Source of the DNA: an uncultured Prevotellaceae bacterium
GTDB taxonomy: Bacteria; Bacteroidota; Bacteroidia; Bacteroidales; Bacteroidaceae
DNA: 64,000 nucleotides
Assembly: GCA_902784755.1 (NCBI GenBank)
Contig: CACZVX010000010.1
Coordinates: forward strand, 90 to 64,089
Direction of reading: 5' to 3'
Shown: positions 60,388 to 64,000 of the stretch, piece after piece
Numbering within the stretch: the first letter of the stretch is position 1
Layout of the letters: each line of letters starts with the position of its first letter
Translations under genes and position numbers: made by a program
Notes under the pieces: generated by a model
The model's database searches: none
What the model saw: the letters and a program-made list of their open reading frames with translations, nothing else
Told to the model about the DNA's origin: nothing

Positions 60388-60530
60388 TCGTGGTATGCAA
60401 ATGCCCCATTCAAGGTATTTTCCCCTACTCTTTTTTGCCTTAACTTTGCACCCAGAATCAAGAATTACGCATTCATGGTTCACGGTAAAGAATTATATTT
60501 AGAATAAATAACAATTTAAAATGTAAAGTT

Positions 60531-61823
60531 ATGAGCAACGAAAAGAAACTTCACTTCGAGACCCTACAACTTCATGTAGGACAGGAACAGGCTGATCCCG
60601 TAACCGATTCACGTGCTGTACCCATCTACCAGACAACATCTTACGTGTTCCATAATTCCCAGCATGCCGCTGACCGTTTCGGCCTCCGCGATGCAGGTAA
60701 CATCTACGGTCGTCTGACCAATACCACACAAGGTGTTTTCGAGGACCGTGTGGCTGCCCTTGAGGGTGGCGTGGCTGGTTTGGCCGTAGCCTCTGGTGCT
60801 GCAGCTATCACTTATGCCTTGCAGAATGTGGCACAGAATGGTGACCATATCATCGCTGCCGACAATCTCTATGGCGGCACCTTTAACCTCATTGAGCACA
60901 CACTATCCACCCAGGGCGTCAGCAGTACCATTGTTGATCCTTCCGATTTCGAGGCTGTTGAAAAGGCTTTCCGCCCCAACACAAAGGCCATCATCATTGA
61001 GACTTTCGGCAATCCGAATGCTTCCGTGACGAATGTGGACAAGATTGCGGAGATTGCACATCGTCACAACACGATTGTGATTGTGGACAACACTTTTGCC
61101 ACACCTTTTTTGTTCCGTCCCATTGAACATGGTGCTGATGTTGTGGTACATTCTGCCACGAAGTTTATAGGAGGTCATGGATCTACTCTCGGCGGTGTCA
61201 TCATCGACGGAGGAAAGTTTGACTTCAAGGCCAATGCCGATAAGTATCCCACTTTAGCCAAGCCCGATCCCAGCTATCATGGTGCCGTCTTTGCCGATGT
61301 GGCAGGCGCTGCAGCTTTCGTAACCCGTATCCGTGCCGTCATCCTGAGAGATACAGGTGCCACGCTGGCTCCTCTTTCTGCATGGATTCTTCTGCAGAGT
61401 CTGGAGACATTGAGCCTTCGTGTGGAGCGTCATGTGGAGAATGCGCTGAAGATTGTGGACTATCTTTCCAAGCATCCCAAGGTAGCAAAAGTGAATCATC
61501 CCTCACTTCCCGATCATCCTGATCACGAACTCTATAAGAAACTGTTCCCCAATGGTGCCGGTTCTATCTTCACTTTCGAGATCAAAGGCGGACAGGACGA
61601 AGCATGGCGCTTCATCGATCATCTGCGCATCTTCTCCCTACTGGCAAATGTTGCTGATGTGAAGAGCCTTGTCATCCATCCCGCTTCTACTACCCATTCG
61701 CAGATGAGTCCCGAGGAACTGGAGCAGGCCCACATCTATCCATCCACCATTCGTCTGAGCATTGGCACCGAGCACATCGATGACCTTATCGATGCCCTGG
61801 ACGAAGCCCTCCAAGCCGTTTAA
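60531..61823 (+). CDS. metY: O-acetylhomoserine aminocarboxypropyltransferase/sulfhydrylase
   Basis: [27 protein letters not shown] (PLP lysine), HPASTTH.Q. Confidence 0.93.
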   Translation: MSNEKKLHFETLQLHVGQEQADPVTDSRAVPIYQTTSYVFHNSQHAADRFGLRDAGNIYGRLTNTTQGVFEDRVAALEGGVAGLAVASGAAAITYALQNVAQNGDHIIAADNLYGGTFNLIEHTLSTQGVSSTIVDPSDFEAVEKAFRPNTKAIIIETFGNPNASVTNVDKIAEIAHRHNTIVIVDNTFATPFLFRPIEHGADVVVHSATKFIGGHGSTLGGVIIDGGKFDFKANADKYPTLAKPDPSYHGAVFADVAGAAAFVTRIRAVILRDTGATLAPLSAWILLQSLETLSLRVERHVENALKIVDYLSKHPKVAKVNHPSLPDHPDHELYKKLFPNGAGSIFTFEIKGGQDEAWRFIDHLRIFSLLANVADVKSLVIHPASTTHSQMSPEELEQAHIYPSTIRLSIGTEHIDDLIDALDEALQAV

Positions 61824-61916
61824 ATAATTGATAATAATATAGAATAAAAAAACAAAAGGCCTATCGCCCCCACATATGGCCACCCCCTTGAGGGGGATAA
61901 GAGGGGGCTTACAATT

Positions 61917-62861
61917 ATGGCAATAGCAAAAAAGCTTACCGAGCTTATCGGTAACACTCCCCTTCTGGAACTCCAGAAATTCTCCGCCCTTAAAGGGCTC
62001 GAGACTCCCATCATCGCAAAGGTTGAATTCTTCAACCCTGGCGGAAGTGTAAAAGACCGCATCGCATTGGCGATGATAGAAGATGCTGAGCAGAAAGGCA
62101 TCCTCAAACCAGGTGCGACCATCATTGAACCCACCAGCGGTAACACGGGCGTAGGACTGGCACTTGTCTCTGCCGTCCGTGGCTATCACCTCATCCTCAC
62201 CATGCCTGAAACGATGAGCATCGAGCGCCGCAACCTTGTGAAAGCCTATGGTGCTGAGGTAAGACTCACCAGCGGAAAGGACGGTATGAGTGGAGCCATC
62301 AAAGCCGCAAACGAGCTCCGCGACTCTATTCCCGGCTCTGTTATTCTGCAGCAGTTTGAGAATCCCGCCAATCCCCAACGCCACTATGAAACCACAGGTC
62401 AGGAAATCTGGAAGGATACTGACGGCAAGATAGACATATTCGTGGCTGGTGTAGGCACGGGTGGTACTGTATCAGGTATAGCAAAGGCCCTCAAAGAGAA
62501 AAACCCCAATGTGAAGATTGTGGCCGTAGAGCCTGCCTCCTCTGCCGTATTGAGTGGCAACCCCGCAGGTCCCCATAAGATTCAGGGCATCGGTGCCGGT
62601 TTTGTTCCCAAGACCTACGCAGGAGAATACATCGATGAAATTCTTCCTGTAGAAAACGATGCTGCCATCCTTACAGGTCGCCAGTTAGCTCAGCAGGAAG
62701 GTCTCCTCGTTGGTATTTCCTCCGGAGCTGCCGCTTTCGCTGCCTCAGAGATAGCCAAACGCCCCGAGAACAAGGGCAAAAAGATTGTGGCCCTTCTTCC
62801 CGACACCGGTGAGCGCTATCTTTCCACCGTGCTCTACGCTTTCGACGAGTATCCACTTTAA
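61917..62861 (+). CDS. cysK: Cysteine synthase A
   Basis: NPGGSVKDR, TSGNTG, GVGTGGT, HKIQGIG, GISSG, DTGERYLS. Confidence 0.96.
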   Translation: MAIAKKLTELIGNTPLLELQKFSALKGLETPIIAKVEFFNPGGSVKDRIALAMIEDAEQKGILKPGATIIEPTSGNTGVGLALVSAVRGYHLILTMPETMSIERRNLVKAYGAEVRLTSGKDGMSGAIKAANELRDSIPGSVILQQFENPANPQRHYETTGQEIWKDTDGKIDIFVAGVGTGGTVSGIAKALKEKNPNVKIVAVEPASSAVLSGNPAGPHKIQGIGAGFVPKTYAGEYIDEILPVENDAAILTGRQLAQQEGLLVGISSGAAAFAASEIAKRPENKGKKIVALLPDTGERYLSTVLYAFDEYPL

Positions 62862-62890
62862 AAACAATTCCTATACATGGTTTTCTGAAA

Positions 62891-62925
62891 ACGAGGGTGT
62901 GCCATCTCAGGCATACCCTCGTCCT
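62891..62925 (+). terminator. Terminator hairpin
   Basis: ACGAGGGTGTGCC...GGCATACCCTCGT. Confidence 0.6.
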
Positions 62926-63000
62926 TATTATAAAGATGTATGCAAAATTTGCCGGTCTCTCAGATTAATCGTATCTTTGCAGGCAAATAGATCCGCACCT

Positions 63001-63495
63001 ATGTTGAGAGACTTTGCAGCCATCGATTTCGAAACGGCCAACAACGAGCGCAGCAGCGTCTGTTCCGTTGGCGTTGTCGTCGTAAGGAACGGGGAGATTG
63101 TGGATAAATTCTATTCTCTTATACAGCCTGAGCCCAACTACTATAACTATTGGTGTTCACAGGTACATGGTCTTTGTCGGGAAGACACGGAGGATGCCCC
63201 TGTATTTCCTAAGGTGTGGGAACAGGTAGAGCCCCTGATTGAAGATCTTCCACTGGTAGCTCACAACAGTCCCTTTGATGAAGGCTGCCTAAAAGCCGTC
63301 TTCCGTGTCTATCAGATGGATTATCCCGACTATTTATTCTACGATACCTGCCGAGTTTCCCGCAGAACTTTCCCCTATCTCGCTAACCATCAGTTGCAAA
63401 CCGTAGCCGCTGAATGTGGCTATTATCTGGAACATCATCACCATGCCCTGGCTGATGCAGAAGCTTGTGCGTGGATTGCCAGGGAAATCTTGTAG
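63001..63495 (+). CDS. DEDDh 3'-5' exonuclease (DnaQ-like)
   Basis: AIDFET, VAHN..FD, HHALADA. Confidence 0.92.
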   Translation: MLRDFAAIDFETANNERSSVCSVGVVVVRNGEIVDKFYSLIQPEPNYYNYWCSQVHGLCREDTEDAPVFPKVWEQVEPLIEDLPLVAHNSPFDEGCLKAVFRVYQMDYPDYLFYDTCRVSRRTFPYLANHQLQTVAAECGYYLEHHHHALADAEACAWIAREIL

Positions 63496-63517
63496 CCGAC
63501 AATCCACACCTTACATA

Positions 63518-64000
63518 TTATTTTTTCTCGTACCAGCTTTTCAGGACTTCAAAGGCCAGTTTCTTTTCACCCTTGTCGCTAAAGATTCCTTTTCTGTTAT
63601 AATAGTCCTGAACACCTGGCAACACACGACGAGGTGAACGGAAATCCTTCAGAATCCAAGGAGTGGTTCCTGCGAGTCCATCAATCTTGTCAAGCATACG
63701 AGTATTCTCACGATAAAGGTTCTCCTGGAATTCCTCTGTCCAACGCTGATTCTTTGCCCCATGATAGCCTTTTAAGGCCCCACCTCCAAATTCACTGATG
63801 ATGACAGGTTTGTCATAAGGAACAACCCAACTCATTTTGGCTGCATCGTTTACATCACGATACCAACCGATATATTCGTTAAAGCTGATTACATCCACAT
63901 ATTGGTTCATATTGTCTTTCAACGTATTGACATTGTTGGAAGCTGACGTTACTTCCATGGCCATACTGATTAAACGTGTTGAATCCAAAGAACGGGCATG
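63518..64000 (-). CDS. GH2 beta-glucuronidase, C-terminal part (5' end beyond the window)
   Basis: FNEYIGWY, KPVIISEFG, WTEEFQ, PWILKDFRS, NRKG. Confidence 0.88.
   Translation of the reverse strand, partial: HARSLDSTRLISMAMEVTSASNNVNTLKDNMNQYVDVISFNEYIGWYRDVNDAAKMSWVVPYDKPVIISEFGGGALKGYHGAKNQRWTEEFQENLYRENTRMLDKIDGLAGTTPWILKDFRSPRRVLPGVQDYYNRKGIFSDKGEKKLAFEVLKSWYEKK

Noticed and set aside
60388-60530. SAM riboswitch upstream of metY
   Set aside because: No SAM-I or SAM-II consensus could be recognised by eye; only a TAACTTTG promoter box and a short leader.

Overview
A Prevotella-like (Bacteroidota) chromosomal window, judged from gene content (sprA, T9SS cargo, ECF/FecR/TonB clusters) and many TTTG-N19-21-TAnnTTTG promoters. 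Most of it is housekeeping and metabolic genes: acyl-CoA dehydrogenase, xpt, galM, sod, mutY, mscS, dacB, nadB, pafA, sprA, ruvA, ddh, pepC, dxs, trkAH, manA, metY, cysK and a GH2. The most unusual part is a ~12.5 kb accessory region between ruvA and ddh (30.3-42.8 kb). There, small self-promoted gene units are separated by a modular composite repeat with a fixed module order: 8-mer array, 9-mer array, array of CGCTTAA(A/C)CAG linkers alternating with variable C-GNA-G-type mini-hairpins, GTCATN 6-mer array, BoxC-like palindrome. The units include a DUF3791 pair with a deleted middle gene, higBA, an MNT with a truncated HEPN, and two paralogous secreted-protein + MKKYIKP-peptide modules. Related 7/8-mer arrays are found inside core genes in frame. 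Also seen: an operator triplet with identical spacing at two unlinked promoters (one driving an ORF-less transcript), a 31-aa small-protein unit, and a PARIS-like ATPase/DUF4435 pair. No rRNA, tRNA, CRISPR, integrase or transposase gene was recognised. All calls are by eye; no database searches were run.
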